Below the pieces are notes generated by a model. That model was not told the DNA's origin and did not search any database. It worked only from the letters and a program-made list of their open reading frames with translations. This document shows positions 24,601 through 37,039 of a stretch of 64,000 nucleotides of DNA, piece after piece (the first letter of the stretch is position 1; each line of letters begins with the position of its first letter). Source of the DNA: Paragordius varius (Eukaryota; Animalia; Nematomorpha); the NCBI GenBank assembly GCA_964247055.1, contig OZ176057.1, positions 3,472,001 to 3,536,000 on the forward strand, written 5' to 3'. Position numbers and translations under genes: made by a program.

Positions 24601-27600
24601 TCACACTAAATTAGATCTCATAATGACGAATAAAAAATAAAAATCCGTTTTTTTAAAAAATTTTTCATTTTATTCTTAACTTAAAATTTTAAAATTACAA
24701 TTATGGGCCACTCTAAACGATGAGTTGTTATGTAATTAAACGAAAACAAGGGACGAAAAAATATGCTTATTAAAAAAATTGGTCTTTTACGATATTATAA
24801 CTTTAATGACTTCGTATAATCAAATCAAATTAATGCTAATAGGTAAATTAAAAGTTAACCAGCCCAACAAAAAAACTGGGATAAAGAAAGCCGTATTGCC
24901 ATTGGGAAGGGGAAGTATTTGTGAAGGCCAACCTCAAAACACCAATGAACAATGTGTTTTAGCCGGTAATTTAACAAGAAGTTTTCAGTCAAAAATTCAA
25001 ATTTTAAAAAATTTGTAATAATTATGAAATTCATGGCATTTTAAATGATTTTTAAAAAACCCGTTTTGTAACTAAAAAAGTAAAAATAACCACAATTTCG
25101 ATTTAACAAATTTTTTGGCTTTTCCAAACATTTATTACTCTTTATCAAAATTTATAAGAATAATTTTTTACAATATAAGTTGTCATATTTAACCTTAGGA
25201 TTATTAAAATTATTACATATACTTTCAAAACTGATATTTAATCGGGAACCTTCCCCTTTTGGCCAATTCAACAACACCCTCACTGTAAATAAAATATAAT
25301 CATCATTATCATCAGATCATTGTTTCTACCAACTGTAGCTAGCTTCCGACTTCTTGAACGCCTTAATTGCGATCGAGAGAGTGGTCTGGTCCTGAATGAT
25401 GGTTTTTCCCATCATGATATGGTCTGCTCGTTTTAAATTGCCCTTCAGAAACAATCTAATCTTGTTAATCCATCCATTTGAGTGAATTGGCCCTAGTATC
25501 TGAGACGATTTTCACTTAGAAAAGAGGGCATAGGTGGATTTGAAACAGACTATGCATGCTTTTATATTATTTGTTTTATCATTGTTACTGATTAGTGAGA
25601 CATGAGTTGTGGATTTTTTTTCTATTTTACATATTATTTTTCATAGTTTAATTAAGGGCCATCATTTGCTTGCATATGTGAGGGCATAGTGAATGGCAAT
25701 CATATAAATTTTACCCTTGTTTGGGATATGGTGTCTTGGCCCAAGCTTGATGAGTTGTGTTGTTATGGCGTTTTTAATATTGATATTGGCCGCTATCGTA
25801 TCACTCAGGTAATTGTAGTTTACTCTGATGGTTATAGATAGAACTTTTTATGGATCCACAGTTGTGTGCAAATGATGGAATTAGGTTTTACTTCAGAGTG
25901 AAAAATGGAACAAGGGAATTTTATAGGTACGGGTGGTAATTAACCCCTTTTTTCGCGTTTTCGCAATTTTTTTAACGTAGATTTCTAGCGATCATAATTA
26001 TTGATGATGGCTGTTTCGCTGGTGGCTGGGTAATATGTAGTCACAGTATTTATGAAAGGTAAACCTGTTTTTATATTATTATTACATTCATAATAATGAT
26101 AAATAAATTGGGCTGAGTACGTAGGCCTGGTGTAGCCCGACAGTGACTGGGAATTGATTGGTATTTCCCACGCGAGTTCCACAACTAGCGGTGTTCATAT
26201 AGGAAATTAATTATTTTTATTATGCATTACGGAATTTCTTTTTTCGTAACCCAAAGATATTCATGAACTGCGGGATGCTTGAATACACAATCAATAAAGA
26301 TGCGACACAAGGTTTTATTATTGCATTTGTATTTCTCTTGTAATCTTCTAAGAATAAATATGGCTTCAGAGTTGCTGACACCCTGTTGAAATCCAAATTG
26401 GGTTTCGTCATCGCAAAGCTGACGTATTTTCCTTTCTATTATAACTTCGAATAATTTTGTTGCATGTTTATGTAATACTGATCTGAAGGAGGCGCAGTTA
26501 AGCATGTCCCCCTTATTTTTTATTGAAATGATGATACTTTGATTCCAGTCATTCGGGATTTTCTCCTCCCTTGTAATCAGATTAAATAATGTGAAATAGG
26601 AAATTGCTTCGCAAGTATTTTGTATATTTCAGTTTTGATTTCCGTGGAACCAGCGCTTTATTAATTTTACATTTTGCATGGCTAAGCTCGCACCTTCTGC
26701 AGTAATGATTGGGAATGACCCAATAACTGGAGATAGGTTTGGTATCTTGACGTTTGAATGCTGGAAATTTAGTGCATTTTGCATGTATTGTGTGTCCATA
26801 CATTTTAAATGCTAAGAGTGTCAGTAACTGTGTTGTTATATTTATCTTTTATGACTTTCACTACCCGAATATCCTTTTTATTACTAATGATATTTTTTAG
26901 TGTTTTGAAAACGTTTGTTTTTAATCTCTCCTCCAAGTTTTTTGGAAATTTCCAATCTTCTTTCATTCATTTTGTCAGCTTTTATTTTGACCATAATGTA
27001 AAAGTCATGTACGTTGTTAGGGGAACGTTTTAGTTCAGATGTAGTTTTGTTAATGTATTTATGCTTTAATATAGCAATGTTTAGGTACCTTAAGTTGAGG
27101 CAACTTTTTAAAGCAGGTGGGTCTTATTTATTGTTAAAAAAGCAACTTAGTTTATGTTGTGTATCTTATTCATAGTTGCTGTCAGTTATAAGTTTACTAA
27201 ATTGTTTATTCATTAACAATCTATTTAAGATGGTGTTACTTGCGATTTTTGTATGTATGTTTTAAACTGGATTTTTTTGCAAAGCGTGTTAGGTCTAAAA
27301 TAAAACACTGCTGAATTCTAAAAGCTTTCCTCTTTGTTACGGGAACCAATACCTACTCCACCGTGTATTCCTTCATAAACATTGGCGTGCATTCCAATGT
27401 GTCCATTGTAATCTCCGCCGATCAAAAGTATATCACTTGTGGAAACATTTTGTGCAATCTGATAAAGCTGATTTCAAAATTCCAGTTTGGTAGTTTTATT
27501 CTTGTTGGATAGTATGTTGAGAGTTGTTATTGAAAGCCACTCGCATTTGGATAATTCTCTCGTTTTGATGTGTTATGTCAATTTTATTTTCCTTTATCTG

Positions 27601-30600
27601 ATCGTTTATGGCTATGGTTATTCCTGATTTCCCTGTTTCTCCTCCTTAATAATAAAGTGTGAAACATTTGTGTGGATGTTATCTCCGTTTTTAAAATGTG
27701 TTTCTTGTAAACAACATATATCAAATTTTTGTTAATGGCATCTATTATCATCCAAGCTCTAAGTTCTGACATTCCATGTACCAAATTTTAATTATTTTTA
27801 TTATTTAAGGATTTTTTCTCTGGTAAAAACATTTCTTTTCGTAGATGTATTAATTATAAATATAATTATTGATATTATGCAGATAAAAATAACAAAATAA
27901 AATGAAGTTTCAAAGGACACTTTTTAAAAAGTATTTATTTATTATTATTTCGCTGTTGAAAATTGTAAAAGTAATGAGTCCTGATTTTTATAGACTATAT
28001 GCCCTCATAGCCAACCTCTTAACTCGGAGGAGAGAGTACCTTATTCGCTGTACCAGTCTAGAGAGTTTCTGAAAAAACTTCGAACTCAATCCGTTTGTAG
28101 ATTTAAGTCTACGGCCGAGGGAGGCCTCTTTCCGGGCTTTGGAAGCTCTGACTACATCTTTATTTTTGAAAATTTATATTATCGTTGCTGTCATTTGGAT
28201 TCTGGTTATAGCGCTGGTAAATCCGCTTTAAAACCATGTGTGTGAATACAGGCATTGTAGTATTTTGTAAAATGAAACAGCCAATCTCATTTCCGCCATG
28301 CCCCACTCACTAGTTTTCTTCCTTATGGGATGTTTATTGAGTGTCCTTTACAAACAGTGCCGCTCCCGTTAGCGTTACCATAGATGCCCCACGAGAAGGT
28401 GAGAGTCGGTCTTTGCATCCCAAATAAAATATAATATTTGACAAATATATTTTTTTAAATATATAGTTTATTCTCATTTGGGGTGTGTATTTATATATTT
28501 TATATAAATTATGAGAATTGTTTATACAGTGGTACTCACCAAAAAAATTTGACGGGCCAAATTAAACATATTTTTTTTCGAGGGCCATGAACCTTATAAT
28601 GGCAAATATTCCATAGCTATTTGACAACGCACATATTTATACTCTAAATCAGCACAATAAATTTTTTGCGGGTCGCATGTAAATCCAGCTAAAAATTCAT
28701 TTTGTACCATTTAGTTTTAAAAATTAAAATATATTGATAACAACATTTATTTTAATATTAACCAATAATTTTTGACAAATTTGGTTTCGCCTCATGGCAG
28801 GCCATTCTTAATACGTCGTCCATATGATCATTAGTTAAGCGATTTCTGTAAGTATTCTTAATATACTTCATTTTTGAATATGCCGTCTCACATGTGTAAG
28901 TTGATGGAAAAATAGTTAAGACAACTTGAGCACATTTTTTTATATTTTCATATTTATTTGGCACAACTTGCCAAAACTCTACATATCTTTCTTCTCTACG
29001 GTTTTCCTTAAATATAGCTTCCAAATTGGAATCATTTTTAAAATCAATGAATTCTTCAATGATAACCGCCTGATCAAAACCGAAAAGCTCAAGTTGCTTA
29101 TTGTTGGATATATCCATATGCAATGGATTTTCCACTAGCTTTAAGCAATTTTTTATATTTTTTAATTCTTGAAATCTGAATTTCATCTCATTAGATAAAA
29201 ATGTTAAATGATTGTCTATTATTAAATTAATATCCGCGGTAAATTCCATATTTTCTTTATGAATCGTTTTGAGTGTTGGAAAATGTAGGAGTGTTTTATC
29301 TATAAAATCTTGTTTATATATTATTAATTTTTCTTCAAAAGCAAATATATGATTAGCAAATTGGGTTATTATTTTGCTCCCTTGAAGACTTGTATTAAAA
29401 GTACTAAGTTTATAAGTAATGTCGCAAAGGTAGGCTAATAAAACCCACCATTTTTCACTATTAATTTCCTCGTCAAACTTTCTGTTATCCTTTATAAATA
29501 ATAGAATTTCATGTCTTAAATCAAAAAATCTATTCAATACTTTGCTAAGGCTTAGCCATCTCACATACAAAAGAATATCATCAAACTCACTGTGGATATC
29601 TTTCAGAAGGTTTTTGAATTTACGGTGATTGAATTCTCTGCCACGGATGTAGTTAACTATATCCACAACCGTTTTAATTATTAAATTTAGTGATTCATCT
29701 TTTACACGCGAAACCAAGTTTTGCTGATGAATAAAGCAGTGAAAGGATAATAGATTTTGCAAATTATATTTGTTTTTTAAAAGAGAAATAAACCCTTTGT
29801 TTATTCCAATCATAGAGGGACAGCCATCTGTGCAGATCGAAACCAATTTTTTCATAGATATACCATTATTATCGAAAAAGGTGCTAATTACTTCAAGAAA
29901 ATCACTTCCTTTCGTGGTATTATTCATTGGTAAAAATTTTAATTTATCATTGATTATGTTGTCGTTAAATCTTACGAAGAGCGCACATTGAGGTGTTGTA
30001 ATAATATCTGTGCCAGAATCAATAGCATTACTAATATATTTGCAGTTTGTCACAGCCAATAATGTATTGTTAAAAATATATTTAGACATATCTTCAATGC
30101 GTCGACCACATGTTTAATCAGAAAGTTGAAGTTTTTTAATTTGCCTCATGATTTGATCTTTATTATGGAATTTATCAGATAAAAAAGTGCAACCATTTAT
30201 TAAACCTTTTATTAGTTGGGAATCAGTAAACGGTTTCATATTTTTTCGTAAAATATAGCATATTTCATACGAAGATGGCCATAATAGATTTTTCTTTCTC
30301 GTATAATTCCTTAAAATTTTTATATTTTTCATTTCTTTCCTCAAGATTTTCTGGTAATTTATGAGAATGATGGATTTTAAAATGTCTTTCAATATTGAAT
30401 TTTTTTATAATTATATTGTCCTTGCATATAAGGCAGGTAGCAACATTGTTATTTAAAACGACAAAAAAATTAGTTTCCCATTCTTTTTTGGAGCGATTTT
30501 CATCGGATAATTTACGTTTTTTGGCATTAGATGTCATCCTTTGAATTTATGTTTAAATATTATAGAAAAAAGATAGGAATATGTCGAAATTTAATGATAT

Positions 30601-33600
30601 TGAGTTGAAAATATTTTATGAGAATGAGTTTTAAAAATGATGCAGGATAGCAATGAAATGTATGTACAATGGGTGAAAACAAAAAGAAATGCAATAAAAA
30701 TTTCAAAAAGAAAAGAAGAAGAAACTACGTGTGCCCATAAATCATAATTTTAAAATCATTTTAATGTAGAAAATTTTTCTACATTTCAAATTGGGTAAAA
30801 AATAAATATTATTTAAAAAAAATTAAATATCAGTCATAGTGCATTTTTAAAGCACACTTAGGGCCGCATGCGGCCCGCGGGCCGCGGTTTGAATACTGTT
30901 TTTTTTCTTTGTTAAGTTATTTTAAGTGAGATTCTAAGGGTGTTACGATAAAAGAAATAAATTGTGTGATATAATTGGCAGCGAAATCCCATATGCTTGA
31001 TAAAATGAATATGCTACAAACCTTTTTTATATGATCTGTTAAAAATATTTTCTCATTTCTAGGGTTTCGGATGATACTTTTATAATTGAGAGTTTAAAGT
31101 GCCAATTCTAAAGTCAATATTGATCAAAATAATTTTTATTTTAAATGTATCCAATGATAATGTTTCCAAAGAATTGATGGTATTATGTGTATAGATTAGT
31201 TCATAAGACCAAATTGTAAAATTCGATTTTAAATACATTTATTTTACCCCATTTTTCTATTATTAGGTGATGACCGATTTGCAGAACAAATTGGCTTGAC
31301 ACTGTTACACACCATTTTTCTCAGGGAGCACAATAAAATATGTGATAAACTTTCAGCCATAAATTCGGGTTGGAATGATGAAAGAATATATCAGGAAGCG
31401 AGGTAGCTTTTTATATTCGGAATATCCGTGATTTAACATCTATTTCCATGAATTTTTAGATGACATTTTTGAAAACATGCTAAAGGGCATTGAATATACC
31501 ATAATCGATCCCATTTCTAAAATCTTTTTTATTTTTAAAGTTTACTCTGACCTGAATCAATTTTAATTTTTATTAGTTATCATATTTGAAAGTCACTGTA
31601 TTAATAATTAAACCATATGTGTATAGAAAAATAGTCATAGCCCAAATACAACTCATAACATACGGTGAATATTTACCGGTTATTTTGGGGACCAGCACTA
31701 TGCGAAAAAATGGTCTAAATTTACAGGAAAACGGATTACATGCAAAAAATTATAATCCTAACATTGAACCTACGACCAGGAATGAATTTGTTACCGCAGC
31801 ATATCGATTTGGACACTCTATGATCCCTGTAGCTTATGCGTGTTTGGATAATTTTTTTGAAAGCATATCCACCATCCCACCTATCCCACTTCATAAAGTA
31901 TATATATATATATATATATATAAATATATATATATGATATACTCTAATTAAATAAATTTTTTGGAAAATTTTCAAACTATAATTTTTGGTAAAGCAACCA
32001 TGAATAATATGTTCTTTTGAGGATGTAATAAAGCATACAGGCGAAATAAATGCAAGCAAGGGATTATTATTTTAAAATAAATTTTAAAGGCAATGGCGAA
32101 GCCTAAATGTATAATCCCTTTGCCCCTTATTTTTTTACACATAATATAAGAGAGCTAAAATAAAAAGTAGTATTTATAATAATTTTATTTTTGAAGAACA
32201 AATATCATCAATATAATATAAGGTATTCTAACATACTGCTTTGATTTTAGGTGTTTCTTTCCAATTTCTTTTACTATACGCCACCAAGCTCATTAATACC
32301 ATCATCCAACACGGTTAATATTATGGATTGCTTTTTGCGTGGAATTTTAGGTTTATCTGCTAAGCGCGTAGACCAAATTTTAACAGTGGAAGTGAGGGAT
32401 CATTTATTTCAAGCAACTTCGGATAGTTTTGGTAGGTTTTTTATTAAAAGATGGGAAAATATAATTTTTACATAAACTTTACTTATTAGTAGGATTAAAT
32501 TCTAGTAAGGGTTATTTTTCTTTTGGATGAATTTTTGTATTAAAATTAAACAAAAGAGTTCAATGAAGAATTTAAAATTTTTCGCTTTAATATCTAATCG
32601 CTTATAATAATTATTAAAAATAAATCTTTCAAATATTATATATTATTATTGATTGTAGGCGTTGATTTGGGCGCCATAAATATATTAAGGGGTCGTGATC
32701 ATGGTCTCCCGACGTACGTTGAAGTTAGAAGATTTTGTGGACTTTCCGTTCCTAAAGACTTTTCAGATTTGTCCGGAATAATACCAAGTGATACCATTTC
32801 AGCTCTTGAAGGATTGTACAAAAGGTTTATTACATAACATATAAAAAAAAATTTAAGAGCATCCCTTCTTTTTAATTCCTTACTCATGCCAAGTCGCCTG
32901 GTTGAATCGAATAAGATTATTTGTTTGAAAAGTAGAAAAAGATGTTTAAACTTCAATGCCGTATAGAATAAATGACAATAATTTTAAGAAGCAAGAATCC
33001 CCGTTTAAATTTTTAAATGATAATTTGTCAAAATTTTGATACGGTAAAAAAGAAAAACTAAGGCATGAACGTGAAAGGCCGTCAAATATTAGATATAACA
33101 ATGTATTTTTGCCATAAATTATTTCTAAAGTTTGTACGATTTCAAACATATGAGAATAATGTTTTATACCCATTTTTACTACCTAACTCCTGTAGGTAAA
33201 AATTACGGTTTTCCTAATGTTTCGTTATTTATCAGTAGAGCGTTTTTTGAATTGAGGCCCATAACTAAAATATACAATTTAGAGTCTTTTTTTCCTTTTT
33301 TATTTAAGGGCAAGGGCAATTTATCAGGAAATGTTAAAGTTATAACACTCGCCTGCCCAGGGCTTAGAGTGATGATGGAAAAAATGCTTAGTTTTTGGGT
33401 TCCAACTATGGCCCTCCATAACATGGAGTCCGACGCTCTAACTACTATACCATCAGTTGATTCTCATGTTAACCCTTTTTACATCTTACTATGGGTACAA
33501 AAATATTTGGAACATTTATTTAGTGTCGAGGATATGGATTTGTTTCCGTTGGGTATAGCTGAAATCCCAAAGCAAAAAGATGCTGCCCTGGGTCCAACCT

Positions 33601-36209
33601 TTAGTTGTATAATTTCACGCCAATTTCGGGCCTTAAAATTAGGCGATTCCTTTTGGTTTGAAAACAAAGTGCCTCGACAAATCTTTAGCACAGGTAAAAA
33701 ATTTATAATTGAATATTTGAGCACATAAGTGTTTGTAACTAAAAACCCTTAATTATTTAAAAAATTGCCATTCAAACCGCGGACCTAAAGAGGCCTATTT
33801 ATGGCCTTGAATTTTTGATTTATTTGGAACATAAATATCTGCCAATGTGTCAAACTGTAAAATTTCTATATATATTATGGCCCTTGAGATAAGGAAAATT
33901 ATATATATATATATCACTTCAAATCTTCGTTAAAAATTATTTTTTGTTAAAAAGTTTTTTAAATCACTTTTATTTGCACACCATATTTTTACAAAAACGG
34001 TTCCATATGTTTCTGTAAAAAATATTTTGAAAAATTTGTTCCAATTAAATTGTTTTGGAATCAGTTCCATATATTTTTTAAAATAATAATAATATTTAAA
34101 AAATTCAGAAATTTTGTTAGAACCCTCAAACATAATGGTTACTAATAAAACCCTTTTTTAAATTTTATCATAAATCTTAAATGCTAGTTTCAGTCCCTAT
34201 TGATAAAATTTGGCAACTACATCCTTAAAAATCGAACATTGGTAGATTTTTCGGATTATCAATTGTTAAATTTAAATATCTTCCTAGGCAATAAATAATA
34301 TTTTTTAAAATTATTTTTTTAAAAATCACTCATAGTTATGATAAAATAATAGAAATGTATCTGTAAACACTTAATATTTCAAAATTGTTAATAATCAGTG
34401 TATGTGAAAAAAATCCAAGGGTAAAAAAGCATGGCTGTCTTATGCTTTTATGTTTTTGCATTTTGTCTGTATAATTTCAATTTTTGATGTATTCGGGTAA
34501 AGATATCTTTAATACTGACTTTTTGTGCATGGCATCCTTTTTTTAAATAACTCACTAAATAGTTAATAAGTTCCGAAAATGTGTCCATCTATATCATATT
34601 TAATTCGAAATAGTTTTTTTAGAACATCTGATAAAAATTCGGATAGCAAAGATGGATATGATTATCAAATATAATCATAAAAATTTAGGTATCATGAAAT
34701 AAAAATCTAAGGGCCATTTTTATTTAAGTTTATTTTTACTAATAGTAAACCGCGCTATATTAACCCAAATTCTCGAGAAAAACACATGGCTTACTATCGG
34801 GATCTGACCTCTATTTTGGAAAAATTAAATTTCGACACACTTTAAAAGATTATAACTAAAAATGTAGACGTCCTTATAAATCAGAAACGTGCAAAGATAA
34901 TTTATTGGTAAAATCAAATTAGGGAATCGGTTATTAGAGGGGGTGCATTATATCTAGTACATTTTTATTTTTTAACATCTAGATCAGTTAGCTGAAATAC
35001 GAAAAATTACATTATCCAAAATCATTTGTTCCAATATGGATGATATGCCAAGCATTCAAACTAAAGCATTTATGTTATCCAACGATGTTTGGTATATATA
35101 TATCATTAATTATATTTCATAAACTTTAAACCATCATGACCTTTTCCTTTAAGGCGCATGACAAATTTATTTATAAAAATTAAGATTACAAAAAAAGCTT
35201 ATTTCAAACTTTTTTACCGCCATCATTTTTCTTTAAATTTATTTAAGTCGCTAATATAACAGACATACAAATGATATTAGACTTAAAAAATATAAATATA
35301 ACTTTAGTGAGCTTTAAGTTGCAATTTTATCAACAAAAACTTGATTTTTATTGATTTTAAAATCAGCTGTTTAGCCCAATCATCAAGACTCTATAAATCA
35401 CACACCTGTTTGTTAAATAATTTTTAATTAAAATAACTATTAAAACAGTATTTCACAAGATTGGGCTATGGAAAAAACTACCCCAATATGTCATCTCGGA
35501 TAAAAAAGTGAAAAGGTCATGAAGTATTAAATATATTCTCAGAAAAGAGGCATGTTTTGTCAATATGAAAGAAAAGGTTAAAAGAAAAACTTTTACCACT
35601 TAAAACAATTTTTTCTAGATTGCCAAAATTCAAAAAGCGAATCGAAAAATTTGTTCAAGAAATTATTTTTACTTAAATTTCGTAATATTTTATGTAAGAA
35701 ATTTCTGGTGGGCTGCAGAAATATTTTGGAAGACCGCATGCCACCCACGGGCCGCGTGGCCGACACCCTTAACTAGAATAAAAGTTTAATTTTCTGCTAT
35801 TAGCCAAATTAACAAATCGCATTTTTCGCACAAATAAATTTTAATACCAAACGTGTGTACTAATTTTCATATGTTCTTATGTTATAATAATGCTAAACGC
35901 AATATATTTTAAGAATTTACTTTTAAAGCTATTATATTTGTTTGATTCCATGCCACAAAGATTACTAGTAAGTTTTGAACGAAGTCCATAATAATGCTAA
36001 ATTAACATATTTCCAATTAATATATTTAATTTATATGAACTGTTACATTCGAAATTGATTATGACATAATCGTTTTTTAAATTTTTACTGCAACGTTAAT
36101 TTTTGGGAAAATTATTTGTTCCAAACTATATATATAACTTTTTAGGAATCCTATAACTGATTGTTCTGTGCTGCCTTATATCGATTTCGAGGCATGGACT
36201 GAAGGCTAA
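21646..36209 (+). CDS. Secreted animal heme peroxidase (peroxinectin/chorion-peroxidase-like), 13 exons, 625 aa
   Basis: Exons 21646-21754, 21883-21999, 22975-23151, 24228-24377, 24472-24576, 24843-24965, 31267-31402, 31627-31897, 32251-32431, 32659-32824, 33524-33693, 34983-35091, 36146-36209; all GT-AG and phase-compatible, 1878 nt in total. Motifs: FRSFDGSCNN, WGQFIDHD (distal His), GDDRFAE (distal Arg/Glu), REHN, AAYRFGHS (proximal His), NILRGRDHG. Confidence 0.95.
23425..23643. mobile_element. hAT-type MITE
   Basis: TIR CAGAGGCGTAGT / ACTGCGCCTCTG; perfect 8-bp TSD AAACTGTT at 23417-24 and 23644-51. Confidence 0.85.
25301..28421 (-). mobile_element. Full-length but degenerate RTE-clade LINE in peroxidase intron 6
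   Basis: 14-bp TSD AAATAAAATATAAT at 25287-25300 and 28422-28435; (TGA)n-like 3' tail; APE endonuclease motifs GTWNVRT, DICCLQET, IGGDYNGHIG..GSRN; RT motif QFGFQQGVSNSEAIFILRRLQEKY; many stops and frameshifts. Confidence 0.9.
28363..28421 (-). ncRNA. Candidate HDV-like self-cleaving ribozyme at the 5' terminus of the RTE LINE
   Basis: Minus strand GGGATGC-AAAGACCGA-CTCTC-ACC-TTCTCGT-GGG-GCATCT(A)T-GG-TAAC-GCTAAC-GGGAG maps to P1, P2 (CTCTC/GGGAG), L3 UUCUCGU, a mini P4 with GUAA loop and J4/2 GCUAAC. There is one P3 mismatch and one extra A in P1'. Confidence 0.6.
28527..30898 (-). mobile_element. hAT DNA transposon (Charlie/SPIN, GTF2IRD2/EPM2AIP1-like transposase), N-terminus frameshifted
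   Basis: ORF pieces 30537-30265 (KKRK..CLIC..RHF..H zinc finger), 30392-30114 and 30089-28758 (AIDSGTD, TDGCPSMIG, CFIH, RWLS, STYTCETAYS). Ends are CAGTGGTACTCACC and a degenerate ..GGTTTGAATACTG; no clear TSD. Confidence 0.9.
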
Positions 36210-37039
36210 AACGATATATACCCATACCTTTATGCTTTGGCTATTAAATGCTGATTATTTCATTGATATTTTACATTTTATTGTATACCATACCGTTTTT
36301 TGTGCAATACTTTTACGACATTAGAAATTTTATAAAACATAGTTTCAAATTTGTGGGTTAGTTATTTTAAAATTTATTGTTGTCACATTTTAGGTTTTAT
36401 TTATTTGTTTATTCAAAATTTGTATACGCATTTGTAAAAAAAATTATTTGCTATTGTTATTTGCTATGCATGTATTTCATTTAGCTGCCTGCCTCAAGTG
36501 CATTTCATGTGATAATTTATATATTTTTTTCAGACACATCTTAATAAATTTACTATATAAATGTTACAAAATTTTTGACTAACTTTGAAAGTACAATTTT
36601 TTAGGAACAAACATGAACAATTAATTTAGTTTGGGGCTAAATTATAAATAGAACTTTTGTTGAAGAGGGATGAAAGAGTTATTACTATTATTAAATTTTA
36701 TTATCAATAAGAAGATGATAAAAAACAGAATTTTTCCTAGAATTTCATAAAATATATATAACATTATGCATGAATCATTTAAAATTTTGTATAAGAGCTG
36801 TCCAATACTTAGCTTTGTTTTTTGTGCGTGCCGCCTCTCTTAGAAAATATGTTTTATAACTTTATTAACATTTTGAAATTAAAGTGCTGCATATTCATAT
36901 ATAAATAAATACAACAAGATCTTCTTATTTAATTAAAATTATATTTTCAAAATTTATCTCTACTTTTCATTTTTTTGATAACAAAAGTTAATTAAAATTA
37001 ATTCTTTTTTACTCTAAAAAGGGAGCTATATATAAAAAT

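Noticed and set aside
33132-33523. 5' part of the 198-aa ORF, and likewise the 5' part of 39286-39870
   Set aside because: Open intronic sequence ahead of the true exons at 33524 and 39545.
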